From: Blastocatellia bacterium
Lineage (GTDB): Bacteria; Acidobacteriota; Blastocatellia; Chloracidobacteriales; JADJPF01
Assembly (NCBI GenBank): GCA_039812885.1
Contig: JBDIBI010000023.1
Span: forward strand, 19,395-83,394
Direction of reading: 5' to 3'
DNA: 64,000 bases
Of the stretch, positions 18,251 to 28,223 are shown piece by piece; within the stretch, counting starts at the first letter, position 1, and every line of letters begins with the position of its first letter. Position numbers and translations under genes: made by a program. The notes below the pieces were generated by a model that saw only the letters and a list, made by a program, of their open reading frames with translations, did not search any database and was not told the DNA's origin.

Positions 18251-20920
18251 CTACTTACGCCATTCATCAATTAAGGAAGCTATCAAACCTGTCCAACCAG
18301 TTTGATGAGCTGCTCCTAAGCCTGCCCCTGTGTCACCGTGGAAATATTCATAGAAATGTAAGTAGTCGCGCCAATGTGGATCTTCTTGGAATTTTTTGAT
18401 TTTGCCATAGATTTGACGATTACCTTGATCATTGCGAGAAAACATTCTAATCATACGATTTGCAATTTCTTCAGCCATTTTATCCAAAGAATAATCAGAA
18501 CCATCTGGGCCTTTTACCGTAAAGTCTGTTCCATAAGCTTTTCCAAGCTTGCGTAATGATTCAATTAAAAGGAAAGAAGTTGGGAACCAAATAGGGCCAC
18601 GCCAGTTAGAGTTTCCACCTTTAATCTTACAATCTGCTTCAGCTGGCTCATAACGCACTTCACTTCGACCAAATACAAATGGGTGTTTCTCATGTACTTT
18701 AGAAAGACTACGTATACCCCAGTCTGATAAAAACTCTTCAGGATCAAGTATGCGTTGTAGTAGTCCTCTTAATTGGTCTTCATTAACTATAGCTAGAACG
18801 TGAACTTGTTTACCTTCACGTTCAACTGTGTAACAACAACGTTGGACTACGTCTTGACGATTTTCTAAGAACCAGTTTAAGTTAGTGTTAAACTCTTTAA
18901 ATGGTTGAATCCAATCAACTTCTATACGTTCAATTGCATAAATTGGAATAACTCCAACTAGTGAACGAACGCGGAATTTGTGGAAAGAACCATCAGGGTA
19001 GCGCAAGACATCATAGAAGAATCCATCTTTTTCATCCCAAAGTGAATAGTTCTTGCCGCCCATTTTCTTCATTGCTGCACCAACATAAATGTAGTGTTGG
19101 AAGAACTTAGTTGCTAGGCTCTCATAAACATGGTTTTCTTTAGCTAGTTCTAGGGCAATGCGCATTAGATTTAAGCAATACATACCCATCCAACCTGTAG
19201 CATCAGATTGTTCTAGGACTACGCCACCTGGCAATTTTTCACTACGATCAATAACAGTAATGTTATCTAGACCAAGGAATCCACCTTCAAAAACGTTGTT
19301 TCCTTCAGAGTCAACTTTGTTAATCCACCAAGCAAAATTAATTAACAGTTTATGGAAGCATTTTTCTAGAAAAGCTCTATCTCCTACGCCTGTTCTGACA
19401 CGTTCCATATTGTAAACACGCCAACAAGCCCAAGCTAAAACAGGTGGGTTAAGATCAGAAAACTCCCATTCATAAGCTGGAATTTGACCGTTAGGATGTT
19501 GAAATTGCTCAAAGAGCATTAACCAAAGCTGTTCTTTTGCAAATTCTGGATCTACTAACGCTAAAGCAATACAGTGGAAAGCTAAATCCCAAGCAGCAAA
19601 CCAAGGATATTCCCATTTATCAGGCATAGAAAGAATACGCATTGAATTTAAGTGCATCCAATGTTGATTACGAATCTTCCATCTGGAATCTGGTGGTGGA
19701 CAGTTAGGATTATCACCTTCTAGCCAACGATGTATATCAAATAGATATATTTGCTTAGTCCAAAGCATACCTGCTAGAGCTTGACGTTGAATTAGTTTTT
19801 CATCTTCTGAGGCATTTTTAGGATGGACTACATTGTAAAAATCATCAGCATCAGTTTTACGTTGAGTGACTAACTTGTCAAAATCTTTTAATGGATTATC
19901 AAGTTTTTCTGGAGTTAAACGCAGCCGTAAAACAACAGATTTTCCAGCAGGAACATTTAATTCATAATGCAAACAGCTTTTAGTTCCTTTGTTATCAGGT
20001 CTAATAGCTGCTTCGTTGCCATAAACAACATACTCATGAAAAGCATCCTTAAAATACTTTCTTTCTGTATGTGAATGTGGGCCATAAACCCGTTTCATAT
20101 TGGTTTCATTGTCAGTAAAAAGTACTTTAGCTGTTGATTCTGCATAAAGATAACGTGGCCCAAGACGATAAGTAAAAGGTAGGTTCTTAAGCATATCTGC
20201 TGAAGTGTCATCAGCTACAATACAAGTAAAATCTTTTCCAGACTGTCCAAGTTGAATAACAGGTTCAGACTTATATTGTTCACCCCAAGCCCAAGTGTTT
20301 CTAAACCATAGATGAGGGAGTACATGAAGAGGAGCATCTTCAGTGCCTCTATTAAAAGCTTCTATGCGGATATAAATATCTTCTGGACTAGCTTTGGCAT
20401 ATTCAACAAAAACATCAAAATATTTGTTTTGATCAAAAATTCCTGTATCTAAGAGTTCATATTCTTCACCACGTCCATGGCGGCTTTGATTTTCTTGGAT
20501 TAACTCCCAATAAGGATAGGTAGCTTGTGGATATTTATAAAGATACTTCATGTAAGAATGTGTAGGTGTACTATCTAGGTAAAAATAATATTCCTTAACA
20601 TCTTCACCATGGTTACCTTCACTAGGTACAACGCCAAAAGCGCGCTCTTTAAGAATAGGATCATGGCCATTCCAAAGAGCAAGAGCAAAAACTAGAAGTT
20701 GATAACGATCACAAATACCTGCTAGACCGTCTTCTCCCCAACGATAAGCTTTGCTACGTGCTTTATCGTGAGGTAAATATTCCCAAGCATTGCCATCAGG
20801 ACTATAATCTTCTCTTACTGTTCCCCAAGCACGCTCGCTTACATATGGTCCCCAGCGTCGCCAAGACGACTGGCCTTCAGCTTTAGCTTTTAATCTGTTA
20901 TGTTCAGCAGTGGTTGACAT
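18251..20920 (-). CDS. GH63-like (MGH1-like) glucosidase
   Basis: 889 aa. The N-terminus [29 protein letters not shown] and the overall length match the widespread ~890-aa bacterial glucosidase family, recalled from memory. Confidence 0.6.
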   Translation of the reverse strand: MSTTAEHNRLKAKAEGQSSWRRWGPYVSERAWGTVREDYSPDGNAWEYLPHDKARSKAYRWGEDGLAGICDRYQLLVFALALWNGHDPILKERAFGVVPSEGNHGEDVKEYYFYLDSTPTHSYMKYLYKYPQATYPYWELIQENQSRHGRGEEYELLDTGIFDQNKYFDVFVEYAKASPEDIYIRIEAFNRGTEDAPLHVLPHLWFRNTWAWGEQYKSEPVIQLGQSGKDFTCIVADDTSADMLKNLPFTYRLGPRYLYAESTAKVLFTDNETNMKRVYGPHSHTERKYFKDAFHEYVVYGNEAAIRPDNKGTKSCLHYELNVPAGKSVVLRLRLTPEKLDNPLKDFDKLVTQRKTDADDFYNVVHPKNASEDEKLIQRQALAGMLWTKQIYLFDIHRWLEGDNPNCPPPDSRWKIRNQHWMHLNSMRILSMPDKWEYPWFAAWDLAFHCIALALVDPEFAKEQLWLMLFEQFQHPNGQIPAYEWEFSDLNPPVLAWACWRVYNMERVRTGVGDRAFLEKCFHKLLINFAWWINKVDSEGNNVFEGGFLGLDNITVIDRSEKLPGGVVLEQSDATGWMGMYCLNLMRIALELAKENHVYESLATKFFQHYIYVGAAMKKMGGKNYSLWDEKDGFFYDVLRYPDGSFHKFRVRSLVGVIPIYAIERIEVDWIQPFKEFNTNLNWFLENRQDVVQRCCYTVEREGKQVHVLAIVNEDQLRGLLQRILDPEEFLSDWGIRSLSKVHEKHPFVFGRSEVRYEPAEADCKIKGGNSNWRGPIWFPTSFLLIESLRKLGKAYGTDFTVKGPDGSDYSLDKMAEEIANRMIRMFSRNDQGNRQIYGKIKKFQEDPHWRDYLHFYEYFHGDTGAGLGAAHQTGWTGLIASLIDEWRK

Positions 20921-21116
20921 AATGGTTTGCCCTCTTAAGATTTTTAGGAGTTTCCCAAAGTACGGGGGGGAGTGCGATTATACACACAATCGCCTAATAT
21001 AAGATAGGCCAAAGTTTATGGCAAGTCGCTAAGGCTATGTTCTAAGATAAATTTTGTATTTGTTAATATAACCTAGATAGTCATATTTACGTTATTTATC
21101 TTGCTATTTTGTTTAC

Positions 21117-21224
21117 ATATTAATAACCCCAGGTTACGCTCGTTTATTAATAACCCCAGGTTGCGCTCGTTTATTAATAACCCTAGGTTACGCTCGTTTA
21201 TTAATAACCCCAGGTTGCGCTCGT
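21117..21224 (+). repeat. 4 tandem 27-bp units, consensus TTATTAATAACCCCAGGTTRCGCTCGT (left-arm-only half hairpins)
   Basis: The CCCC cores sit at 21127, 21154, 21181 and 21208, read directly from the sequence. Confidence 0.95.
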
Positions 21225-21245
21225 TACACTCGCTAAAACCTGGGG
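21208..21245 (+). repeat. conserved hairpin, variant 1
   Basis: CCCCAGGTT (21208-21216) pairs with AACCTGGGG (21237-21245). The loop is GCGCTCGTTACACTCGCTAA, followed by CTAATATGGGTTGAGCG. Confidence 0.9.
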
Positions 21246-21313
21246 CTAATATGGGTTGAGCGAATTATAATTTGAACTAATTTAATAAATGAGTTTGTTT
21301 CCAACAGAGTCAT

Positions 21314-21422
21314 TTATTAGTAACTCCCAGGTTGCGCTCGTTTATTAATAACCCCAGGTTACGCTCGTTTATTAATAACCCCAGGTTGCGCTCGTTTATT
21401 AATAACCCCAGGTTGCGCTCGT
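21314..21422 (+). repeat. second block of 4 tandem 27-bp units (first unit 28 bp)
   Basis: Cores sit at 21325, 21352, 21379 and 21406. With the following hairpin and spacer this forms a ~198-bp higher-order repeat of 21117-21313. Confidence 0.95.
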
Positions 21423-21443
21423 TACACTCGCTAAAACCTGGGG
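21406..21443 (+). repeat. conserved hairpin, variant 1 (second copy)
   Basis: CCCCAGGTT (21406-21414) pairs with AACCTGGGG (21435-21443). The sequence is identical to 21208-21245. Confidence 0.9.
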
Positions 21444-21519
21444 CTAATATGGGTTGAGCGAATTATAATTTGAACTAATTCAAATAATTAGATTCGTTTC
21501 CAACAGAGTCATATATTAG

Positions 21520-21645
21520 CCCGGGGTTTTAGCGAAGCGCAACCCCGGGTTCAAGGGGTTTTAGCGAAGCGCAACCCCGGGTTCAAGGGGTTTTAGCGAA
21601 GCGCAACCCTGGGTTCAAGGGGTTTTAGCAAAGCGCAACCCTGGG
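21520..21645 (-). repeat. 4 tandem 32-bp hairpin units (GGGGTTTTAGCGAAGCGCAACCCCGGGTTCAA), family hairpin variant 2 in inverted orientation
   Basis: GGGG starts at 21523, 21555, 21587 and 21619. The first unit pairs CCCGGGGTT (21520-21528) with AACCCCGGG (21541-21549). On the minus strand it continues CTAATATATGAC like the canonical element. Confidence 0.9.
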
Positions 21646-21663
21646 AATGGAGTGCAAGGAAAA

Positions 21664-22806
21664 TCAATGAAAATGAGGCATAACTTCTTTTGCAAACATT
21701 TCCATATTTTTGTTTACTAAATCTTCTGGCATATCTCCAGCATGTGCGCCACCTATGAGTATTCCAGCTTTCATTTCCTCAGTGTATATACTAAGTTTTT
21801 CTATTACTGTAGCAGGGCTTCCAACAATAATATAACCTTGATCAATTAATTCTTGGAAAGTAAGTTTATGGAAAGGTTTAATACCTGAGCCAAGTAATGA
21901 GGCTAAGGATTTTTCTGTTACATAACCTGGTGGAAAGTTAAAATGTTGAGGAACATGCAAGCCTTTATGGAAAAGCCACATAACATGGGGTTCAGCTTCT
22001 TTTCTTGCAATTTCGTCTGTTTCTGCAACAAAGGTTGGTATAGCAAAAGCTAATTGATTGGGTTGGGCTTGATAGCCAAATTTTTCTTCTGCTATTTGTC
22101 TATAAAGCGCATAGGCTTTACGTTGGTAAGTTTGAGGAGAAAAAACCATCATAAATGGATAGCGGTGTTTAGCTGCAAACTCAATAGTTTCAAGACTTCC
22201 AGTGCCAGGGAGCCAAATTGGAGGATGAGGTTTTTGCAAAGGTCGAGGCCAAATATTTACATAGCGATAGTTATAATGTTGTCCTTCAAATGCAAAAGGC
22301 CCGGCTTTAGTCCAAGCTTGAATTATTAAATCATGTGCTTCATAAAAACGATCACGAGAATGAGCAGGATTAATATTATAAGAAAAATATTCCATTCCTG
22401 TTCCACGAACAAAGCCAGAAATGATTCTGCCTCCGCTAATTACATCTAGCATAGCTATTTCTTCTGCTACTCTTAGTGGATCATCATGCAAAGGTAAGGC
22501 GTTACCAACAATTGCAATTTTGGCCTTTTGAATTCTATGTACAAGCATTGCTGCAATAATATTAGGTGAAGGCATAGTTCCATATGCAGTTTGATGATGT
22601 TCATTAACGCATACTCCATCCCAGCCTAATTCTGCTGCTTTAACTAGCTCGTCTATATAGCGGTTATAAAGCTTATGACCTTTTTCTGGATCATATAAAC
22701 TATTAGGTAATGTAATCCAAGTTGAATCATATTGTTTATGAAAATCTGGTGGCAAGTAAGGATATGGCATTAAGTGAAAGTAATAAAACTCCATCTTTTT
22801 TGTCAT
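21664..22806 (-). CDS. LLM-class (luciferase-like) flavin-dependent oxidoreductase
   Basis: 380 aa. WDGVCVNEHHQTAYGTMPSP and RVAEEIAMLDVISGGR are typical of luciferase-like monooxygenases. Confidence 0.75.
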   Translation of the reverse strand: MTKKMEFYYFHLMPYPYLPPDFHKQYDSTWITLPNSLYDPEKGHKLYNRYIDELVKAAELGWDGVCVNEHHQTAYGTMPSPNIIAAMLVHRIQKAKIAIVGNALPLHDDPLRVAEEIAMLDVISGGRIISGFVRGTGMEYFSYNINPAHSRDRFYEAHDLIIQAWTKAGPFAFEGQHYNYRYVNIWPRPLQKPHPPIWLPGTGSLETIEFAAKHRYPFMMVFSPQTYQRKAYALYRQIAEEKFGYQAQPNQLAFAIPTFVAETDEIARKEAEPHVMWLFHKGLHVPQHFNFPPGYVTEKSLASLLGSGIKPFHKLTFQELIDQGYIIVGSPATVIEKLSIYTEEMKAGILIGGAHAGDMPEDLVNKNMEMFAKEVMPHFH

Positions 22807-22819
22807 TGATTTTCTGCTC

Positions 22820-23602
22820 CTATTGGTTGAGAAACTCTAAAATCAAGTTAGTAGTTTGTTCGCTTTGTTCCACTATAGGTACATGACCGCATTCATCTAT
22901 TATAGCTAGTTTAGCATTAGGAATTAAATTGCAGTATTGTTGTGCATGAGCAGTAGAAACTATTTTGTCATTTTTTCCCCAAACTATCAAAGTTGGCATA
23001 CAAGCACGGCGCAATCTTCTAGCTAATTTAGGATTATACCCTAATTTCCAAGCCAGTTTGGCTGCCATAGTTCGTTCTCGGTAATCTTGTAAGATTAGTT
23101 TTTGTATATTTGACATATCACGCTGACTTGCAATTACCATAGCTTTGTTAGGGTCTTCAAAGCAAACCATTGGGAGTAGTTCAGGAGAAAGTGCAAAAAT
23201 GTCTGTTATAGGCGAACCTGCTACACGTAAACCGCCTGCTGCAATAAGAACAAGCTTATTTATTCTATCAGGAAAAAACGATGCTATTTCTGCTGCAATC
23301 CAACCTCCTAGAGAATGACCAACTAAGTTTATAGAGCTAAGATTTAATACGTCTAGGAGTTCCACATAATGGATGATAAAATCTTCCATAGAGTCAAACC
23401 AATCTGGATTAGAAGAAAGTCCAAACCCAGGATGATCAGGAGCATAAACTTTATAATGTTCAGCTAAAGCTTGATGAAAAGGTAACCAAAGGTTTGATAG
23501 TCCTAGACCATGCAGATAAAGCAATGGGCTACCTTGACCAGCAATTTTTAGGTGAGTCTCTACATTAGATATAGAGATAAATTCCTCTATTACATTGCTC
23601 AC
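22820..23602 (-). CDS. alpha/beta-fold hydrolase (MhpC/BphD-like)
   Basis: 260 aa with an HGLG oxyanion region, a GHSLGG nucleophile elbow and a C-terminal CGHVP histidine. It ends 13 nt upstream of the LLM gene on the same strand. Confidence 0.75.
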   Translation of the reverse strand: MSNVIEEFISISNVETHLKIAGQGSPLLYLHGLGLSNLWLPFHQALAEHYKVYAPDHPGFGLSSNPDWFDSMEDFIIHYVELLDVLNLSSINLVGHSLGGWIAAEIASFFPDRINKLVLIAAGGLRVAGSPITDIFALSPELLPMVCFEDPNKAMVIASQRDMSNIQKLILQDYRERTMAAKLAWKLGYNPKLARRLRRACMPTLIVWGKNDKIVSTAHAQQYCNLIPNAKLAIIDECGHVPIVEQSEQTTNLILEFLNQ

Positions 23603-23963
23603 AAAATTGTTCCTCCTGTGAATTAATCAGATGGTTAATTTAGCATATAAAAAATTTTTTTTAGCATTAAAATAAAACTAAAAAGATCTAGCTAAAAAAC
23701 TAAAGCTATTTTGTAGGCAAAATTCAGTAAGTCCAGTAAAAGAAACAAAGTAGTAGAAATCTCAGGTAGTTATTTAGAATAATAAATTTTGTTAAATCTA
23801 GGTTTATCAAAAAGATAGATGAGAGAAAATTTCTATAGAGTTTTTTGATAGAAAATGCTAGTAAATAAATAGTTAATTTCTTATTTGGGGAAAGTTATCT
23901 TTATTGTTGCCAGATAATAAATATTCTCTTACACTTGAGCAGATAATGCTTAGAGGCAAAAGT

Positions 23964-25049
23964 ATGTCCGAAAAATATGAGACTTTAACCAGAATGTCAA
24001 CTTATCGTAGTCATTTAGAAGATTTTCAACTATTTTCTACGATACATCGGTTTTTTGCTTCTCTTTCTCAGGTTAGCGATCAACTACAAGATGAACTAGA
24101 TTTTGATGTTAATGGGCTAGAATCTGATATTTTATCCTGCAAAGAGGGTGAAAATCTTAATGAGCAAGAAATAGAGATTGCATCTCGTCTTTCTCTTTGG
24201 CGGCAAGCTTTAGAGAAATTTGATAGTGATCTTTCTGCTAGCTCTTTGCGCCAATATTTTGAACAAGTTGCTATCCCAGATGCTGATACTTTAGAAATTA
24301 TACTTTCTTTTTATCTTAGCAAATCAGTAAAAACTGGCAATGATCGCGATAAAATAGATCTAATTGCTACTTGGTGGGGACAACTTCTATTAAAACAGGA
24401 TGAAATTGAAATTATTTCTCTTTCACAACTCCCAATTCTAAGGGAAAGACTAGAGAGAATTTACTTAAGCTTTGGCTTAAAACCAATGCCAGTCAATGAA
24501 GCAAAAGATGCTATTGAAATATTAGAATTTGAACGTAAACGCCTTCTTACTGTACGTTCTCTAAGAGAATTAATTGAAAAACAAGTATTGTTACGACTGC
24601 GTAAGCTAAAAAGCGGTTTAGGAGATTTGTTATTTCAACCAGCAATTTTAACTGAGATAGTAGCTTTAAATATAGATATAAGAACAACTTTTAGATCTTT
24701 ATTTTTAGCAGAGCAATCCCGCTTAGCAAACTTTTTCCATCCTATGCCTAAGACTTACACTATTGAAGCAGTGGAAAAGACATTAGATGAAATCCCAATA
24801 GAGCCTCTAGATAAAGATACAAATGAATACGATGAAGAGAGCTTTGGAGAAATTCCCAGAATAAGCCAGGAAAGAATAAGCAAAATAGGGGCAGAAGTTT
24901 TAGCGCAACACTTATCAACTATTTCACAACCCGAAAACAATATAACTTTGGATAAAAGAGAACTTCTAAAAGCTATTCAAAGTATTCGTGCTGCAATACA
25001 GATTCTAGATAAAAACCTAGAGCCATTACTAAAAAAACTTAATGAATAA
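23964..25049 (+). CDS. hypothetical protein
   Basis: The track ORF starts at a TTG (23904). I prefer the ATG at 23964 (MSEKYE), which has AGAGG upstream. The sequence looks helical and I recognise no domain. Confidence 0.5.
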   Translation: MSEKYETLTRMSTYRSHLEDFQLFSTIHRFFASLSQVSDQLQDELDFDVNGLESDILSCKEGENLNEQEIEIASRLSLWRQALEKFDSDLSASSLRQYFEQVAIPDADTLEIILSFYLSKSVKTGNDRDKIDLIATWWGQLLLKQDEIEIISLSQLPILRERLERIYLSFGLKPMPVNEAKDAIEILEFERKRLLTVRSLRELIEKQVLLRLRKLKSGLGDLLFQPAILTEIVALNIDIRTTFRSLFLAEQSRLANFFHPMPKTYTIEAVEKTLDEIPIEPLDKDTNEYDEESFGEIPRISQERISKIGAEVLAQHLSTISQPENNITLDKRELLKAIQSIRAAIQILDKNLEPLLKKLNE

Positions 25050-25186
25050 AAATGTAAGTTTACTTTTCACAAAAAATTATTTTCAACAAGCGCTTTTTCA
25101 TTTGCTCTGTTATAATTATCCTATTTTCAATAACACAAAAATTTTTAAGGTTTAATCCTACCCTATTTTGGGCTGGGAGGCTTTTG

Positions 25187-26722
25187 ATGAAAGAAATTCA
25201 GCCAAACTTAGATTTGCAACCCACCAACAAAAAAGTAATAAGCTTTAACCAACTATTTCCTGAAAAAGTGGTAACAATTAAATTAACAGGCCCAGGTTTA
25301 ATCATAAGCCTTGTCTTTGTTTTACTTACAGGTGTTGGAATAGGGTCGTTAGTTGTTAACCATGCTAGTGCTACTCCACAAACACCTGCTCAAATACGTA
25401 TGAATGTGGAAAGTAGCTCAGCTTTTTCTCTTTCTGCGGCCTTTGCTAATGCTACAAAAGCTGTAGAAAGCAGTGTGGTGTATATTACTACGGTAGATAT
25501 TGATGGTGATAGAGATGCATTTTTAAGTCAGAGTAGTGGATCTGGTTTTGTTGTTGACTCTACAGGCTATATTTTAACTAATTATCATGTGGTAAAAGAC
25601 GCTAGTAAGATCAAAGTAAGATTTATAGATGGTTTAATCTTAACTGGTGTTATGATTGGTTTTGATGAAGAAACCGATTTAGCCGTAGTTAAAGTAAATG
25701 CAGGTAAGAGTCTAAAAGCTGCCCATATTGGAGATTCAGAGCATGTAATAGTAGGGGATTGGGTTTTGGCTATTGGAAGCCCATTTGGTTTAGAGCAAAC
25801 TGTTACAGCAGGAATTATTAGTGCTAAAGAACGTGTTACAGATCAAAGTCGTAATTTTCAGCAATTTTTACAAACTGATGCTGCTATTAATCCAGGAAAC
25901 TCTGGTGGGCCTTTAATTAATTTATCTGGTGAGGTTATTGGGGTTAACTCTCAAATAGCTACACGTAAAGGAAGTTTTGAAGGTATAGGTTTTGCGGTTC
26001 CTTCAGCAATTTTTACTGATGTTTATAATCAACTAATTACTAGTGGAAGGGTTTCAAGAGGTTATCTAGGAGTTTATCCTAGTAAGGTAACAAGTCAATT
26101 TGCACAAGTTTATGGCTTAAAAGAGCCTATTGGAGCACTAGTTAATGATCTTACAGAAGTAGATGGGCCTGCTGCTAAAGCTGGGTTAAAGAGTGGAGAT
26201 GTAATTTTAGAGTTTGATGGCCATTCTGTTAAAGATGATAGAGATTTGGTTCGTTATATTGTTTCTACTAGAATAAATAAACCAACACCAGTAAAATACT
26301 TAAGAAATGGCTTAATGCAATCAACTATGGTAACTTTAGTAGAAAGACAAGCTAAGCCAACTCCTAATGTACTTCGCAACATTCAAGAAACTAAGCCTAA
26401 ACTAGCTAGATCTGAAAAAGATATAGTTACAAAATTAGGTTTATCAATAGCTTCCTTAACAGAAGTTCGAGCTCAACAACTAGGTGCTAAATCGACAAGC
26501 GGAGTTGTTGTAAGAACGGTCAATGTAGATAATATTGCTTATGATTCAGGGCTTCGAGATGGAGATATAATCAAAGAAATCAACAAGTTACCTGTAAGTA
26601 AGGAAGAAGATTTTACACAAGTAATTAACAAATTAAAAACAGGGGATTCATTAGTACTTTTTGTTGAAAGGACTTCTCGTTTAAGTGCCTCTCATCGTTA
26701 TATATCGCTTACGATTCCATAA
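25187..26722 (+). CDS. htrA: HtrA/DegP-family periplasmic serine protease with two PDZ domains
   Basis: TNYHVV (His), DLAVVKV (Asp) and GNSGGPL (Ser) are present, plus two PDZ-like C-terminal segments and an N-terminal TM anchor. A GGGAGG RBS precedes the ATG at 25187. Confidence 0.85.
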   Translation: MKEIQPNLDLQPTNKKVISFNQLFPEKVVTIKLTGPGLIISLVFVLLTGVGIGSLVVNHASATPQTPAQIRMNVESSSAFSLSAAFANATKAVESSVVYITTVDIDGDRDAFLSQSSGSGFVVDSTGYILTNYHVVKDASKIKVRFIDGLILTGVMIGFDEETDLAVVKVNAGKSLKAAHIGDSEHVIVGDWVLAIGSPFGLEQTVTAGIISAKERVTDQSRNFQQFLQTDAAINPGNSGGPLINLSGEVIGVNSQIATRKGSFEGIGFAVPSAIFTDVYNQLITSGRVSRGYLGVYPSKVTSQFAQVYGLKEPIGALVNDLTEVDGPAAKAGLKSGDVILEFDGHSVKDDRDLVRYIVSTRINKPTPVKYLRNGLMQSTMVTLVERQAKPTPNVLRNIQETKPKLARSEKDIVTKLGLSIASLTEVRAQQLGAKSTSGVVVRTVNVDNIAYDSGLRDGDIIKEINKLPVSKEEDFTQVINKLKTGDSLVLFVERTSRLSASHRYISLTIP

Positions 26723-26725
26723 ATT

Positions 26726-27673
26726 ATGCAAATTCACAAAATAGTAGTTCCTACACCTTTTTATGTTGGGCCAGTTAATGTTTATTTAGTTCGTCATGAT
26801 CCATTAACATTAATTGATGTTGGGCCTAACACAGAAGAAGCCTACCAAGCTTTATCCAAAGGAGTTGAAGAGTTTGGAGTAAAGCTAAAAGATATTAAAC
26901 GCATAATAATTTCACATGCTCATGAAGATCATTATGGTTTAGCTTCAAGAGTACAAGAAGTTTCTGGTGCAGAAATCTTTTTACATTCTTGGGAAGAGAA
27001 AAAAGTTCAAAATAATCAAGATTACTCTGAACACAAAAAATTGCTAAATCGTGCTGGAGTTCCTAAAGATATAATTGAGCGGTTTGAGGAAGGGTACTTG
27101 CGTTTTGCTCCTTTAGGTGGAGACAGTCTTTCAACTACTCCTCTTGAAGATGAGCAAGAAATAGTTTTTGAAAAAGGTTCTTTAAAAGTCTTACACACTC
27201 CTGGACATACTCCTGGAAGCATATGTTTACTTCGTGAAAGTAATAGAGAACTAATAGCTGCCGACACAGTAATTAAACATATCAGTCCTAACCCTATGTT
27301 GCATGTTGATCCATTGGATTGTCATAGGCGTTTTCCTTCACTTTCAGAGTATCTTTGTTCAGTAGCTAGAATTAAGGAAATAGCTCCTACTTTTATTCAC
27401 TCAGGACATGGTCATCCTATATTGGATTATGGGGAACATTTTCACCGTTTAGTAATACGTACTCAAGAACGGCAAATGAAGGTAATTTCTCTATTGCCTA
27501 AGAGAGGAACTACAGCTTGGGAAGTTTCTGGGCTTCTTTTTCCAACAGTTCAAGGTGTTCATAGGTATTTAGCTGTATCTGAAGCTCAAGCTCATTTGGA
27601 TATGGCTGTTGCAGATGGACGATTGATATTAGAAAAACATGATGAAACAGAATATTTTCGAGTCAAGGATTAA
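26726..27673 (+). CDS. MBL-fold metallo-hydrolase
   Basis: 315 aa with the HAHEDH (HxHxDH) motif, a downstream HTPGHT and SGHG. It starts 4 nt after the htrA stop. Confidence 0.75.
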   Translation: MQIHKIVVPTPFYVGPVNVYLVRHDPLTLIDVGPNTEEAYQALSKGVEEFGVKLKDIKRIIISHAHEDHYGLASRVQEVSGAEIFLHSWEEKKVQNNQDYSEHKKLLNRAGVPKDIIERFEEGYLRFAPLGGDSLSTTPLEDEQEIVFEKGSLKVLHTPGHTPGSICLLRESNRELIAADTVIKHISPNPMLHVDPLDCHRRFPSLSEYLCSVARIKEIAPTFIHSGHGHPILDYGEHFHRLVIRTQERQMKVISLLPKRGTTAWEVSGLLFPTVQGVHRYLAVSEAQAHLDMAVADGRLILEKHDETEYFRVKD

Positions 27674-27680
27674 TAAACTT

Positions 27681-27706
27681 ATGGGGGAAGCAGTTGCAAC
27701 CCCCAT
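27681..27706. terminator. hairpin between convergent genes (possible terminator)
   Basis: ATGGGGG (27681-27687) pairs with CCCCCAT (27700-27706). The flanking T-runs are weak. Confidence 0.3.
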
Positions 27707-27737
27707 TATGAACTTCTTATGAATTGTTGCTTATCAG

Positions 27738-28109
27738 CTATTTCCACCCTTTTTGTGCTTTATCCCAAACATACTTTGATACAGCATCAATTTCGGCAGG
27801 TTTTAAGCTGTCTTTGAAAGCTGGCATAACACCTGCACCTTCCATAACTCGTTTCTTTACATCATCAGCACTGTTAAACCCAAACTTCTTAAGTGCATCT
27901 AGTTTTAGGGTTTTTTCATTTTCTATAGAGTTATCACCTTTAGCATGACAGGCTGTACATTCTCTATCAAAAATGGTTGCACCTATGTTTGCAGTACCCT
28001 TAGATTTTCCTTTTGAACGTTTTTTTTGTGTGCCTAAAACAGGGCTAATTAAAGTTAGAGATAGGATAAAAATAAAAGTAAACAGCGCTAGAATTTTAGC
28101 TTTTTTCAT
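27738..28109 (-). CDS. class I c-type cytochrome (c6/c553-like), secreted
   Basis: CTACH haem motif, GVMPAF Met ligand region and a C-terminal WDKAQKGWK. I prefer the ATG at 28109 (MKKAKIL), which has an AAGGAG RBS, over the track start at 28142. Confidence 0.75.
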   Translation of the reverse strand: MKKAKILALFTFIFILSLTLISPVLGTQKKRSKGKSKGTANIGATIFDRECTACHAKGDNSIENEKTLKLDALKKFGFNSADDVKKRVMEGAGVMPAFKDSLKPAEIDAVSKYVWDKAQKGWK

Positions 28110-28223
28110 CCAAAATAGCTCCTTAGTGTAAAATTTTGGCAATTATAACATAGCAATCTATAAATAGAAGTACGCTAAAACGGTAGCAGTTGGATGGTAT
28201 TAGCTAGGTTAAAAGATGTATTT

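Noticed and set aside
21117-21645. Reading the 27- and 32-bp arrays as CRISPR arrays.
   Set aside because: The units are contiguous tandem copies. The 9-10-nt linkers are identical between units rather than being unique spacers. The units are shorter than a typical repeat-plus-spacer, and no cas genes are present in the window.
21520-21645. tRNA-like T-loop signal (GGTTCAA flanked by CCCC/GGGG) in the 32-mers.
   Set aside because: No acceptor, D or anticodon arms can be built around it. The motif is simply the junction between adjacent hairpin units.
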